A stretch of 64,000 nt of DNA from Rebecca billardiae RCC1528 (taxonomy: Eukaryota > Protista > Haptophyta), in assembly GCA_965240325.2 (NCBI GenBank), contig OZ251242.1:744001-808000 (forward strand), written 5' to 3'. The number at the start of each line of letters is the position of its first letter. Position 1 is the stretch's first letter. The notes beneath the pieces were generated by a model. It did no database searches. It saw nothing but the letters and a program-made list of their open reading frames with translations, and was not told the DNA's origin. A program made the translations under genes and the position numbers. Shown here in pieces: positions 1-12,474 of this stretch.

Positions 1-412
1 CCGCGCCCTGTCGATGCCTGCGCGGCCGGCCGCGCGCGGCGCGGCCGCGCCGCCGCGCCGCCGCAGCCGCCGCCCTGTGTTCGGGCTCTCGCAACAGCTC
101 GGGGGCAGCGGCGCATGATGCCGGACTGATCGATCTCTGAGTCTCCGACTTCACCACACGCCCCCCTTGCCATGCCTCTCCGCCAGGGTCTCCCAGAACT
201 CTTCTTCAGAGCAGGCGCAAGTCGAACTCGGAACTGGCCGCGGCCCCGCGCGCCGTCGGCTCCCCGTGGCTGTCAGCTCCGCGTGGCCTGGGCGCCTGGC
301 GTGCCCAGAGCTGGCCGTGCCTCTGCGACGCGTGCCGAGCCTGACCGAGGTGTGTCACCCCGTGCACGCGCGGCGCGCGCAAGCACCGGTGCTGCATGGC
401 TGCTCGCACCGT

Positions 413-751
413 GCTCCCTGGCTCGCGGTCAGTCAGCTCGGCCGCGTGGTGCCTGGTGTGCACGTAGAGTCGCGCTCATGCGTCGCTCACGCCTCGCGCC
501 CGCCTGTCGGCCGTCGCGCAGGCGCGCAGGTCGAACCCTACTGACCTGCAGATCATCTACTCCTGCGCTGCTGGCGTCGCGGCGACGACGGTCAGCGGCA
601 GGCCCGAACGAACGGTCGAATCCGCGCGGTCCCGCGCCGTCCGGCTCCCTGGCTGTCAGTCAGCTCCGCCGGTAGCCTGGCGTGCAAGAGTCGCGCTCGT
701 GCGTCGATCACGCCGAGTCGCATCCGCCTGTCGGCCGTCGCGCACGCGCAG
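413..751 (+). repeat. Degenerate direct repeat pair (~413-530 and ~644-751) inside a probable mobile element
   Basis: Shared blocks GCTCCCTGGCT..GTCAGTCAGCTC..CCTGG.GTGCA..AGAGTCGCGCTC.TGCGTCG.TCACGCC..CCGCCTGTCGGCCGTCGCGCA. Confidence 0.6.
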
Positions 752-885
752 GGGGTCAGGTAAGGGCCGTCTGTGATGAGGGCAGCTCGGCCGACGACCG
801 ACATCCACACTCGGCGCACGCCGGCGGCGGCGCGGCGCTGGGCGGCGCGCCGCTCGGGATGGAGTCTAGTTACACGTGTACGGGA

Positions 886-965
886 CGACTGCGACGGAGG
901 GTGCACCGCCACCGCGGGCCCCGAACTACGTTCGTTCTACGGAAAAGGACCGCGGAACGCGGTCA
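886..965 (-). mobile_element. Terminus of a (TA)n-associated element; body extends left, other end not seen
   Basis: ...GAAAAGGACCGCGGAACGCGGTCA|TATATA; its reverse complement matches 12224-~12300, which also abuts (TA)n. Confidence 0.65.
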
Positions 966-1157
966 TATATATATATATGGCTGCGCTGCTTACTGCCACT
1001 CACCGCCTTATTACTGCTGCCCGCCTGCTGCGGCGGGCATTCAGTCAGCCGCTGCTGACACTTTCTAATAGCCGAGGGCGCGCGCAGTATACTCTGTATA
1101 TAGGCTTCGCCGCAGGGCACCATCGCGACGTCTCAGTCTAATAAATAAATATCGTCA

Positions 1158-3016
1158 TCAGAAGCGGCTGTTGATTCTGACATCTCTTTGCCACGAGCTC
1201 GTGAGATGCCGCGCCTTGCGCGCCTGGCTCATCGACATCCCACCGCCGCCGAAGAAGGCGGCCGCGCCCGCGAACGGCGAGCGCGACGGCGGCGTGGCGC
1301 CGTCGCGCCTCCACACGGCCCCGTCCTCGATCGCCGTGTCCTTCACGAGCTCGTCGAAGTCGTACGCGCTGAACTCGTGCTCGCGGCTGTCCACGTCCAT
1401 CCGCGAGCGCTCCACGTTTGGGTCGACGCGCAGCAGGCCCGCGCGCCGCAGCCCGAAGAAGAGGGGCACCATCACGACGCTCACCCACGCGATCACGCAG
1501 ACGGAGAGCGCGACCTGCGCGCCGAGCAGGTCGGCCCTGCCCTCCCCGCCCTCGGACAAGACGTACAGCAGCCCGAACGAGCCGCGCTGGTTGTACGAGT
1601 ACTCGGGCCGGCAGAAGAAGCCGGGCGCGAGCACGCCCCACAGCCCGGTCGCGCCGTGCGCCGAGAAGGCGTCGAGAGGGTCGTCGATGCGCAGCCGGAG
1701 GAGGAGCTTGGAGGCGAAGTGGAAGACGAGGCCGCCGATCAGCCCGATCGGGAGCGCGGCCCACGGGTCGACGACGCTGCACCCCGCCGTGATCGCCACG
1801 AGCCCCGCCAGCACGCCGTTCCCGGCCGAGACCACGTCCCACACCTTGTACCGCGCATTGTTCAGTAGCACAACTGTGAGGCCGCCCGCGGCGGCGCCGA
1901 GCGTCGTGCACACGGCGACGCGCGCGACGTCGCGCGCGTACGGCGCGGCGCCGCTGAAGAGCGCGAGCACCGAGCCGCAGTTGAAGCCGTACCAGCCCGC
2001 CCACAGGATGAACACGCCGAAGATGGCGAGCGTGGGCTGGTGCGGCTTCACAGGCACGGGCTGTCCGCCCGCGTCGAAGCTGCGAGGGGGCGCGGCGCGC
2101 GCCGGCGCGGTGGCGGACGTGGGCGCGGGCGCCGATTGGAGGGGCGGCGCAGGCGGGAGCCGGCACGCGGGCGCGCGCGCGCCGCGCGCACCGGCCGATG
2201 CGCGGGCCGAGGATCGCCGCGCCGATCAGCGCGGTGAACCCGCCCGTCATGTGCACGACGCTCGAGCCAGCGAGGTCGATCGCGCCTCCGAACAGCGGCG
2301 AGCCTTTCGCGTTGAACGCAGAGAGGAAGCCCTGCTTGTCCCACACCCAGTGCGCGATCACCGGGTACACGATGCCGTGGACCATCCCCGCGTACACGAG
2401 GTACGCCACCTCCTTGCACCGCTCGGCCACGCCGCCGGACACGATGGTCGCCGCCGCGGCCGCAAACGTGAACTGAGCGGAGCGCGTGCGGCGGGTGGGG
2501 TGCGCGCGCGCGGCCGGGTCAGGCGGCGCGGCGCCGAGCGTCGCGCCGCAGTGTCGCCCGCGCGGGCCCATGCGCGCCGCGCCGTGCCCGCCGAGCCGCC
2601 ACGGCGGCCGCCGCGGCAGCAGGTGTCCTCGGCAGGCAGCGCTCCGCCGCGGAGTGCCGATGACACACCTGGAAGTACCAGAACGCCCAATCGTAGCCCT
2701 GCGTCTCGTACGACGGGTCCCAGTCGCGCGGGGAGAGCGCGAAGCTGGCAGGCCCCGAGCCGATGAAACCCCCATCGTTGTCATCACCGTACGCCAGCCC
2801 GTACCCGACCAAGTACCACACGATCGCGCCGATGCACGCGTCGAGCGTGTTCTTGAGCAGGATCGACGGGGCGTTCTTGGCGCGCACGGAGCCGGTCTCG
2901 AGGAGGCAGAAGCCGACCTGCATGAAGAAGACGAGCACGCCCGCCCACACGAGGAAGAACGTGTCGCCCTTCGCCACGATCTCGGCGAACTGCGCTCGTC
3001 CAAGACTCTCATCCAT
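1158..3016 (-). CDS. AMT: Ammonium transporter (Amt/Mep family), 3 exons
   Basis: Exons 3016-2669, 2472-2192, 2079-1158 joined by GT-AG introns. Amt motifs FFMQVGFCLLETGSVRAKN, FQ|FTFAAAAATIVSGGVAER, DLAGSSVVHMTGG, LGPRIGR, ILWAGWYGFNCGS, NGVLAGLVAITAGC, IDDPLDAFSAHG. Confidence 0.96.
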
Positions 3017-3511
3017 GGCGCGTGCGTCGCGGTCGTGCTCTGCGCGCTCAGGTTCTCGAGCTGCCAAGGAGCCCGGCGCACGCGCTCCGCCGGCGTACCA
3101 GTACCTACTGGTAGATAGGCCATCAAGAGCTATGGCGGGCCGTATATGTGGGTAAAACACCAACGAGAGAGACAACTTCACACGCGATCTACCCAAAGTT
3201 CAAAATCGGTCGCTCCGCGATCAGTATTCATCGCTCAAATTCAGACCGGCGTGTCTGTCGCGCCATATCAAGCTAAATGACCCGAAGGTGCCTCATTGTA
3301 TGCTCAGACTGTCCGAGACAGGCTGAAACTGCTATTGAAAGCACCACCTTCAGGCTTTCAGGCCCGCGCACTACTAATAATGAGAACGGGCGCCCACCAC
3401 ACGGCACACGCCTATCGCGAACGGCGCGCCGCCCGCGCGCGCACTTTTCAGCATCGCGACATCGTATTCGGCCCGGACCCTGCTCGCGGCGCGCCACCAC
3501 GCGGCCGCGGC

Positions 3512-6500
3512 ATGTGCGGCAACCTGGGCCTGCTGCTCACGGCCGATGCGTCGGGTAATGTGATCGTGCGCATCGTCCCCGCCGAGGCCGCTGGCGGCGA
3601 CGACGACGACGCCCGCGCCGGCGGCTCGGCCGCCCCCGCGACGCTCAAGAAGCCGGACGAGATCCTGAGCGACATGGTCGCGGCGACGGAGGTGCGCGGC
3701 GGGCAGGCGGGCGGGATCTCGGCGTTCGAGTTCCACGGCGCGGGCCTCTCGCACCCGGTCGTCGGCCGCGTGCGCGCCGTCGCGCGCAAGCGCTACCCGC
3801 TCTCGGAGGACCTGCGCCGGCTGTACAGGCGCCAGTGCCCGACCGGCGCGGCGGACGACGTGCGCGCGCTCTCGGTGGTGGGGCACACGCGCTTCGCGAC
3901 GGGGTCTGTGAACAAGATGCCCGAGCTGCACCCGCACGACTGGTACCAGTCGGGCTACCGCGGCGAGAACACCTCGCGCGACGAGGGCTCGGGCATGGTG
4001 CTCCCGGCCGTGTTCCGCTGGGACGCGCACGCGGGCGCGCTCGTGCCGATCGACGACAAGACGAAGGTGAGCGAGACGGTGTACATGTGGGACGCGGAGG
4101 CGGGGGAGCTCGCCGCGATGATCAAGCCGTGCATCATCCACCTCACCCACAACGGCGACTTCGACGCGCTCGAGATGTACGGCGGGCTCGCGCTCAACGC
4201 CGAGCTCGGCCTCTGGCTTGAGCGCGTGCTGCAGCAGCCCAACTCGACGACGGGGGACAGCCCGAAGCTCGCGGGGATGATGGAGCTGCTCCGCGTGCAG
4301 GGCCGCTGGGGCCCCGCCGCGCGGCTCGCCTGGCTGCGCACCGCGTGCACCTCGCTCACCGACGTGACGGCCGGCGAGCCGCTCTCGAAGACGGCGCCGT
4401 TCGACGCGATGCCGTCGGACGCGCTGTGGCACCAGCGCTGGGCGCCGCTCTTCGAGGCGGCGTGGCAGGCGTTCTCGCACAAGATCGTGCAGCCGCTGCA
4501 GAGCGACCCGCGCCGGTACACCCTCTCGCTCTCCGCCGTCCGCGCGATGCGCGAGGCCGTCATGCGCCACATCGACAACCCGTTCAAGCGCGACAAGATC
4601 ATGCCGGGCGCGGGCCGCTGGCCGCGGCCGCAGCTGCAGGCGTTCGTGCACCACACGATCCGCGGCTTCCTGCGCTTCGACCTGTACACGGCGCTGAACG
4701 AGGTGCTCGGCCGCGCCGTCGGCTCCTTCGGCATCCAGGTGCACTGCTCGCTCGAGCCGGGCGTCGTCGTGCTCGGCGCGAAGGGGCAACCGATGCAGGT
4801 GGCGTTTTCTCACGAGCTCCCTCTCGTGTTGTTCGGCTCGGAGGCGGCGGCGGTGCGCGCGGCGGTGACGAGCAGCGGGCAGCCGCTGCCGTGGCTGCTC
4901 GCGCTCGACGAGCTGGGCGAGGTGGTGCGCGTCGGCCCGCCCGCCGCGCTCATGGACGGCACCTTCACCAACTTCAAGGACCGGCGTGAGTACTTGCGAA
5001 AGTTGGAGGCGGCGAAGGAGAGCGACCGCCACCTCGGCCGGATGACGACCGTGGCGCACTTTGGCGGCGCGGCGGGTGACGAGCGGGGCAAGCTGGGCGC
5101 GGCGGGCGCGGCGGGCGCGGGCGCGCAGCACGGCACGCAGCACGGCCTCGTCCTCGGCGCGGGCGTCCACCTGCGCGCGTACTCGATCAACGCGTGCGTC
5201 GAGCGCACGGCGGACGCGCTCCGCGCGCGCACGGTGCCGCAGGAGGCGCCGCTGCCGCACCCGCCGGCCGGCGTGGACCTGGTGGCGTCGGACCTGGCCG
5301 AGACGCCCGGCGTGCTCCGCGCCATCGACGACGAGTGGGACACCACCTCGAGGGAGGACCTGCGCTCGCCCACCGTCGTCGCCGCGGACTCGCTCGCGCA
5401 GCTCCTCGTGCGGCTCATGCAGGCCAGGCGTGCTAAGAGCACCTCCGCCATCGACCTGCTGATCGGCGCGATCGAGGTGTCGCTGTGGCTCGCCGAGCAG
5501 TTCGCGTCCGACCTGCTCGCCACGTTCCCGTACCTCCGCGTGCGCTGCGTCTCCGCCAACCAGCTCCTCGGCATCGGCGCCTTCTCGCCGCGCAAGGTGC
5601 GCGCCCGCCCGCCCTCACACGCGCCCGCGCGCGCGCGCGCGCTCGCCCTCGCCTCGCGCGCGCCCGCGCCGCGCGGTCTCACGCCCGCCGCCGCCCGCCC
5701 CGCTGCCCCCACTGCGCACGCCCCTCGGCACGCGCGCGCGCGCGCGCACGCACGCAGACCTTCTTCGCGGGCGAGCAGCCCGTGGACATGGAGGACCTGC
5801 AGCACTCGGCCGTGCTCCTCGTGAGCCACTCTGGCCAGACTTTCCCGACACTGCACGCGACGCGGCTTCTTGACAGCCTGTGCCCGGGCCGGGTGTGGCT
5901 GATGAGCGGCACGCCCAACTCGCAGATGGAGCAGGCGCTGCGCAACGCGTACGCGATGCGCGGGCTGCCGCCGCCCGTCGACCGCACGATGCTCACGCAG
6001 GCGGGCAACCGGCCGGCGGAGCCGACCAGCCTCGCCGCGGCCGCGATGCAGCACACGTTTACCCACGTGCTGCTCCACCTCGTTACGCGCACGCGGCAGA
6101 GCGTCGCGCCGCGGCTGAACGCGCAGACGTGGGAAGGGCGGCGGCGCGGCGGCGGCGCGAGCGCCGGCGGCCGCGCCAAGCGGCCGCCCGCCGAGCCCCT
6201 CGTCCGCCTCTCCGAGGGCTGCCTCGCCGACATGCGCATGCTCGTCGGTCTGGTGGTGCCGGACGTGGAGCAGATCGTGGGCGCGAGCTCGCGCGCCGAG
6301 ATCGCGAGCTCGGGCGGGAAGGAGGCGCGGGTGGCGTCGGAGACGCACGCCGCGCTGGTGCGGCAGGGGCGCGCGTGGGCCGAGCACATCCGCGAGCCCT
6401 GGCTCGTCCTCTGCCTCGTCGGCGCGTACGTCTTCGCCTCGGTCACGCTCGGCGCGCCGCTCGTCTGGCTGACTATGCAGCTCGTGCTGCGCGCGGCGGG

Positions 6501-8250
6501 CGCGCGCGCCGCGGTGCCGCTGGCGTGGTCGCTCGCCGAGCCCGAGGGCGCGGCCGGGCTGCACGGCGGCATCGTCGCGCTCGGCTTCGTCGTGCGCGCG
6601 CTCGACGCGCTCATCTACGTGTACTGCGCCAAGCTGCTCACCTGGGCGCTGCGCCTCGCCCGCGGCCGGCCGCTGTGGGCGCGGCACGGCAAGCGCACGC
6701 TCGTCATCGTCGACACGCCGACCAACCATCAGATGCTCGAGATGTTCTGCTCGAAGCTGTTCGCGCTCTCGTACTCGTTCAACGGGATCGAGGTGCACGG
6801 CGCGAACGGCGTCGACCACTTCGTGCACACCTTCACGCACCGCGTCGCGCGCGGGCTGCTGCTCGCCGTCGGCCGACCGGACGGCCGTCTCTGCTGCCTT
6901 GCAAAGACAGAGCAGGCGTTGCTGCTAGCGTGTAAGCAGGTGGGCGCGGGCGCGGCGCGGGCGCGGCGCGGGCGTGCCCACGCGCGGGCGCGGCCGCGTG
7001 GGGCGGCCGCGTGGGGCTGGAGGCGCGCGTTGCCGCACGGGCGCACACGCCGCCAGCCCGTCCCCGCCGCCGACGCGCGCGCCGCAACGGCCGCGGTGCG
7101 CCACGGCTCACGCGACGCGCGCGCTCGCGGCCCGCCGCGCCCCCGCGCGGCCGCGCGCCGCACGGCTGCGCACCGGCTGGCTACCGCGCCGCTGCTGCGG
7201 CGACGGGTGTGCGGCGACCGGCTACAGGCGATCTTCATCCAGAACCCGAGCTACTCGATGGCGCCGGACTCGGGCAACGCGCCGGAGGTCTTCTCCGTCG
7301 GGTGCGCGCGCCGCGCTCGCCAGCTCGCGCGCGTCGCGCGCCTCGCGCGCCGAGATCGCGATCTCGCGCGCCTCGCGCGCCTCGCGCGCCTCGCGCCCTG
7401 CCGGCCCCTCCCTCTCCCTCTGAGGTGCGCGCACGCACCGCCGTGGCTGACGCGCGCACCCTCGCGCTCGCGGCGCGCGCGCTCCGTGCCTCCGCGCGCG
7501 CACACCCCGCGCAGGCACAACCCGATGTCCCCGGGGTACCTCCACACACACGTGCCGCTGCCGTCCACCGCGCGCCGCCGCTTTGTCGACGAGCTCGTGT
7601 ATGAGCGGACCATCCTCACGCGCGCGGCGCAGGCGCCCAAGGCGGTGCTCCGGACCGTGCGGGAGAAGGCGGCCGCGCCCGAGCTGCGGCACTCGACGCG
7701 CGCGCTCGCGCGCGGGCAGTCCCTCATGGACGTGCACCGCACCGGCGTCTTCGACACGTGGCAGAGCCTGCCGTACGGCGCCCACTACGCGACGGCCAAC
7801 GACTCACTCGACGACCACCCGGGGGACGCGCTCGTCCGCCGCCGGATGAAGATGGCCTTCAGCGGGGGCAGCTCGTCGCGCCAGCCGCCCGCCACCTCGG
7901 ACGATCCGGGCATGCGGCTCAGCTTCGCCGACAAGCTCGACGCGACCACCAACGAGATCCAGGACCGGCAGATCCACCTGCAGCGCTTCTACGAGTCGCG
8001 CGTCGCGTCGCTCGAGCGCTACCTCGCGTTCTGCGTCACCTTCCACGAGATGGCGCGCGTGAGCTCGAAGCCGTGGTTCAGGCGGCGGTGGCAGGTCGAG
8101 CGCTCGCAGTCCAACCTGCGCGTCGCGACGACGGCCGCGCCGATCTCGGCGTCCGACGCGCAGGTCGAGGAGGCCGGCGTGCCGATGGAGGTGCTGGCAA
8201 ACGTGCGCAAGGTGGGCACGCGCATGCGCGGCTTCGTCTCGCACTTCTAG
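3512..8250 (+). CDS. GlmS-like protein: class II (Ntn) glutamine amidotransferase + SIS-like domains with internal transmembrane segments, 4 exons
   Basis: Exons 3512-5596, 5758-6939, 7228-7301, 7515-8250 (GT-AG, frame kept). N-terminal MCG, GHTRFAT, HPH, HNGDFD; SIS-type VSHSGQTFPTLHA (cf. ISQSGET); hydrophobic WLVLCLVGAYVFASVTLG and IVALGFVVRALDALIYVY. Confidence 0.85.
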
Positions 8251-8691
8251 CTAACTGCTTGCTGATGCGTTATTCAGCTGGCAGACACTCGATCTTATTA
8301 TAATCACGCCGCCTGCGCAGTATTATTATAATAATAATGGAAATAATTATAATATATATGTATATATATGATGTATGTATTATTTATTCAGATACATATA
8401 TATATAGTTATATATTATAACTGATCAGATCATGACGTCATCGTCGTCATCCGACCGTTAGACTACTTAGAGTGGTCACTCAGAGAGTACACTGCGCAGC
8501 GCTATTATATAATAACACAGTAAAGATGAAATCGATTTTCGGCGTTACCGTAACCCGTCCGCACTTCCGCCCAGTGGGGATGCGGGGGATTTTTTTTCAT
8601 GTTGCGTTCGCGGCACTTCGCGCCGTAATAATATTTCTGACGACTCGGAGACAGTCGGCAAGTCAGTGACATTAATAATACATTTTATAAT

Positions 8692-9788
8692 CGGATATCC
8701 CACTGCTGTCCTGTGCCATAGGACTGGGTCCTATGGGACCACAGGACAGCCACAGGGACGACTCAGTAGACGACATTTTCTGATATTGCCGAATGGTACG
8801 ACTGCACCTAGGGGTCGGTAGCAGTGTCGCCACCACCCGTCAGAGCGAGCTTGTTGTGATTTTCGACCACCACCGCATGTTTTGGGCTCCACGGATGGAG
8901 CGCGTGAAGCCGTCGCGGTCGTTGCCGCCTTGCGACTCCACGGCGGCAACGCCGACCGCCATGTGGCACTTGTAGATGACACCCAGCTTGATGTTCACAC
9001 ATCGTGGTTCACTGTGTTCGACCGGAGCCGTATGAGGTTCATCCACAATGCGTTTTGGTCCTCGCCAAGCATGGCATTGTACGTCACGCCGGGGCTGCGC
9101 GCGCAAGCTGCTGCGGGTCTCTCGCGTCGTCAGGTGGTTGCGATCGAGCATCGGCGCGCATGTAGAGCAAGCCTCGGAGGTAGCCGGAACATCTTGCCAT
9201 GTCGCGTGCGTGGATGGTATCGCACCTGTAGACACGCCATGCGTGTGCCGCAGTCGATTTACGCGACGCTCGACCCGCACGCTATTGGATTCGTGGGCTC
9301 ATCGTCCACAAGGACGGCTGCCACCTTCGTGGGAGGTCCGTGGCCGCTCGCACAATGGCGGTTGCCCTCTCTTCGCCCCGCCCCAGAATCGGTGTGCTAC
9401 GGGCAGCAACGCGCCTGGCGGCGTGGGCGGCGGTGCGGGCGGTGGCGCGGGCATCCGGCGCGAGCACTCGCCTGCGCTGTCCGTGCCCAGGGTCGCCGCT
9501 CGGCTGCCAGGGGCGAGCAACTGACGCTGTCATGTGCTGGTTGTGGGGCCGTCCCTGGACGCCGGTTGTCCCACAACCGAGCGCGCGCGCGCGCGCGCGT
9601 ACGCGCGCGCGCGCCCGATCGCTGTAGCAGTGGCGGCAGGCGGAGACGGTGTGTGTCAATAGCCGGTTGAGTTGTGTGTACGATATAGCCACACCGATGA
9701 TCGTACGCGCAGAACTGAGGCGCTGGCGCTCTGGTGATCTTGTCCTATGGCATAGGACCGAGTCCTATCTGTTGCAGGGGGATATCCG
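8692..9788. mobile_element. Non-autonomous TIR element, 1097 bp, 4-bp TSD TAAT
   Basis: TAAT|CGGATATCCCACTGC ... GCAGGGGGATATCCG|TAAT; subterminal ATAGGACT.GGTCCTAT and TGCCATAGGAC motifs at both ends. Confidence 0.8.
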
Positions 9789-10374
9789 TAATAAGTAGCA
9801 GCATGTATATAGCTAAAGGCATGGCACTTGGCAGCTTGCCGCGCTCCGACCAGGCTGCCTTGGTGGCCAGGGCGGGTCCGACCGGGTCACGGAGCGTGTG
9901 GCAGCTCGCTTTCAAATTCAGAATTCAGTTCGGGTGTGTGACGAACCGCAGGAAAGTGAGCTTGCGCCGGGAGTTGACTGCGGGCGGAGTGACCGGCTTA
10001 ACGGCTTTGCCTTTGGTGAGCAGGAGCGAGTCTCGCCCAGCAGCCGTCCGCGTTCCCGCCCGACCGCGCACGGCGCACCTCGCCCTGCGCCCCTGCCCGA
10101 CCGCCGCCCGGACCCTGGCAGCCGACCCTGGCGGTGGGGGGTGGAGACCCCCTGGCTGGTACGGCGTACGCACCCAGCCGCCTTGGCTCCCGGACTCCTG
10201 GCCTCCTCCGGCCGCCAAGGCTTGGAGACCCCGCCTTTCTGATGAGCTCCGCGCTGGAATCGATATCGCAAACCGCTTTTCTCAGCAAGTCAGCACGGCA
10301 TCACGCCGTGACGGTCGTGCATCCCGCAGCATTGCCCAACTTGCCCAACCCTCCCCGCGCGGGACAGGACGACG

Positions 10375-11790
10375 ATGCGGTCGGCGCTGGTGCTGCTCGC
10401 GGTGCTCGCGTGCACGCCGGACGGGTGTGCTGCCGGCGACGCCGAGGAGTGCGAACGTCTTCACGCGGTGCTCGTGCGAGGGCAGGTGCTCATGAACACG
10501 CACCGTGGCGGTGCGTGCCAGGACCCCGGGGTGAAGGTGAGTGTCCATTCGGTGAGGACCACCACGAGCGCGGCGCTCATGGCGCAGTGCGCGCCCGACT
10601 GGTCGGCAGTGGTCCCAGCGAGCCCGCGCGGTGGCTCGCCGTGCATGCAGACCCGCGTGCCGACGTGTGATCTGGAGCGAGGTGCTATCACGTGCCGATA
10701 TCTCGAGTCGCTGCTGCGCCCGCACCGAGCGTCGCGGCGCGCGTGCGACCCGAGTGACCCGAATGCATGCTCTGGCCCGAAGCAAGGGGTGTGCACGTCG
10801 CGGGGGCGCTGTGAGTGCGCGCTTCAACAAGGCGAGCACCCCCCGACGCGCTACGGCGGTGCGGACTGCAGCGTGGACAACGAGCTCGCGCTGCGCGCCA
10901 CGCGCCCTACTCGCAACACAACGGCAGATGCTCTGTATGACAAACAGAAGTACGCCGTGTACTACAGGGACCTCGTGGCGCACGCCCGGAGCAGCGGGCT
11001 GTCTGCGAGTCAGGCGTACGGCGGGAGCAACACGTTCTGGACGGGTAGCGGCCCAGGCACCACGCTGCTTGCAACCTTTGGCATCCGCACTGCGCTGCCC
11101 GCCATCGTCGAGGGCCTCGGCATCCGCTCCATCGTGGACGTGCCGTGCGGCGACTTCTCGTACATGCGCAGCCTGGTGCACAGCTCGAGTGGCACGCCCG
11201 GCGCGGCGCGGATGCGCCGGATGGGCGTGCGGTACACGGGGTTGGACCTCGTGCCCGAGCTCGTGCACGCGCTTAACAGCGTCTTTGGCGAGCCGGGCCG
11301 CGTCTCCTTCATGCCGTTTGACGTGGTGAAGCAGCGGCTCTGGCCGGCCGACCTGGTGATCGTGCGGGACCTGCTCTTCCACTTCTCGCCCGAGCGCGTC
11401 GGCGAGGTGCTGCGCGCGGTGAACGCGTCGGGCGCCAAGTACTTTCTGTCCACATTCTTCCCGTACGGCAGGAACAAGAAATCAGCCAAGGTCTTCATCC
11501 CAGGGAGGGGCTTTTACTCCTTTTGGCCCGTGAACCTTCTTGACGAGCCGTTCTCCTTGCGCCCACCCATCCTCGCGATAGGCTACGATGGCGCTTTGCC
11601 CAACAAGACGCTGCCGCCCGAGATGCAGCTGAACGTGCAGAAGCCAGGGCCAGCACCAGATGACCCAGATCCGGACGCAAATCGCTGGCGCTGGCGGCTC
11701 AACCACAGCGCACAGGCCTCTGGCTCTGCTCTATATCCCGAGCACGAGCACTTTATGAGGGTGCTCGGCTTGTGGAAGCTGCCTCTGTGA
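10375..11790 (+). CDS. Secreted protein with Cys-rich/EGF-like region and class I SAM-dependent methyltransferase domain
   Basis: Signal peptide MRSALVLLAVLA; EGF-like CSGPKQGVCTSRGRCEC...YGGADCS; MTase motifs GSGPGT, IVDVPCGDFSYM, YTGLDLV, DLVIVRDLLFHF. Confidence 0.85.
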   Translation: MRSALVLLAVLACTPDGCAAGDAEECERLHAVLVRGQVLMNTHRGGACQDPGVKVSVHSVRTTTSAALMAQCAPDWSAVVPASPRGGSPCMQTRVPTCDLERGAITCRYLESLLRPHRASRRACDPSDPNACSGPKQGVCTSRGRCECALQQGEHPPTRYGGADCSVDNELALRATRPTRNTTADALYDKQKYAVYYRDLVAHARSSGLSASQAYGGSNTFWTGSGPGTTLLATFGIRTALPAIVEGLGIRSIVDVPCGDFSYMRSLVHSSSGTPGAARMRRMGVRYTGLDLVPELVHALNSVFGEPGRVSFMPFDVVKQRLWPADLVIVRDLLFHFSPERVGEVLRAVNASGAKYFLSTFFPYGRNKKSAKVFIPGRGFYSFWPVNLLDEPFSLRPPILAIGYDGALPNKTLPPEMQLNVQKPGPAPDDPDPDANRWRWRLNHSAQASGSALYPEHEHFMRVLGLWKLPL

Positions 11791-12103
11791 TCAGTGAGGC
11801 CGAGCATGGACGACACCGCGCGTGTGTCAGCCCGCTGAGTGATGATATGCGATATAAGTATCCGGCCTCGGCGGAGCGCCACTCCCGTAACCGGGTCGCT
11901 ATGAGCCTATCTATAAACCATATGACTCGCTGTCACTAGAATCACGGCGTGATGCGGGCGGCCGGCGTGCAGCCTGAGCTACCCCCGACCCCGGCGAGGC
12001 TGACGAGCAGGCCCGCCGGGCGCGTCACTGAGTGCGGTGCCGTCGGTAACTGAGTACCGTACGACTCAGGCACTACTTATTATTTAATATATATATAGAG
12101 AGA

Positions 12104-12305
<202 letters not shown>

Positions 12306-12474
12306 GTAGTGGCAGTTCGCCAGTTGAAGTCGGTTCTGAGATGACTGAAGCTATATTAGTCCGACCGTCGCCCTGCCTGCGCGACCGCGAGACTCATTCA
12401 CACTTCACACAATCACAGCAGCGGACCTGAGACCGCACCCGGCACCGGTCGTCAAATCGGACGTCCGTCTGACA

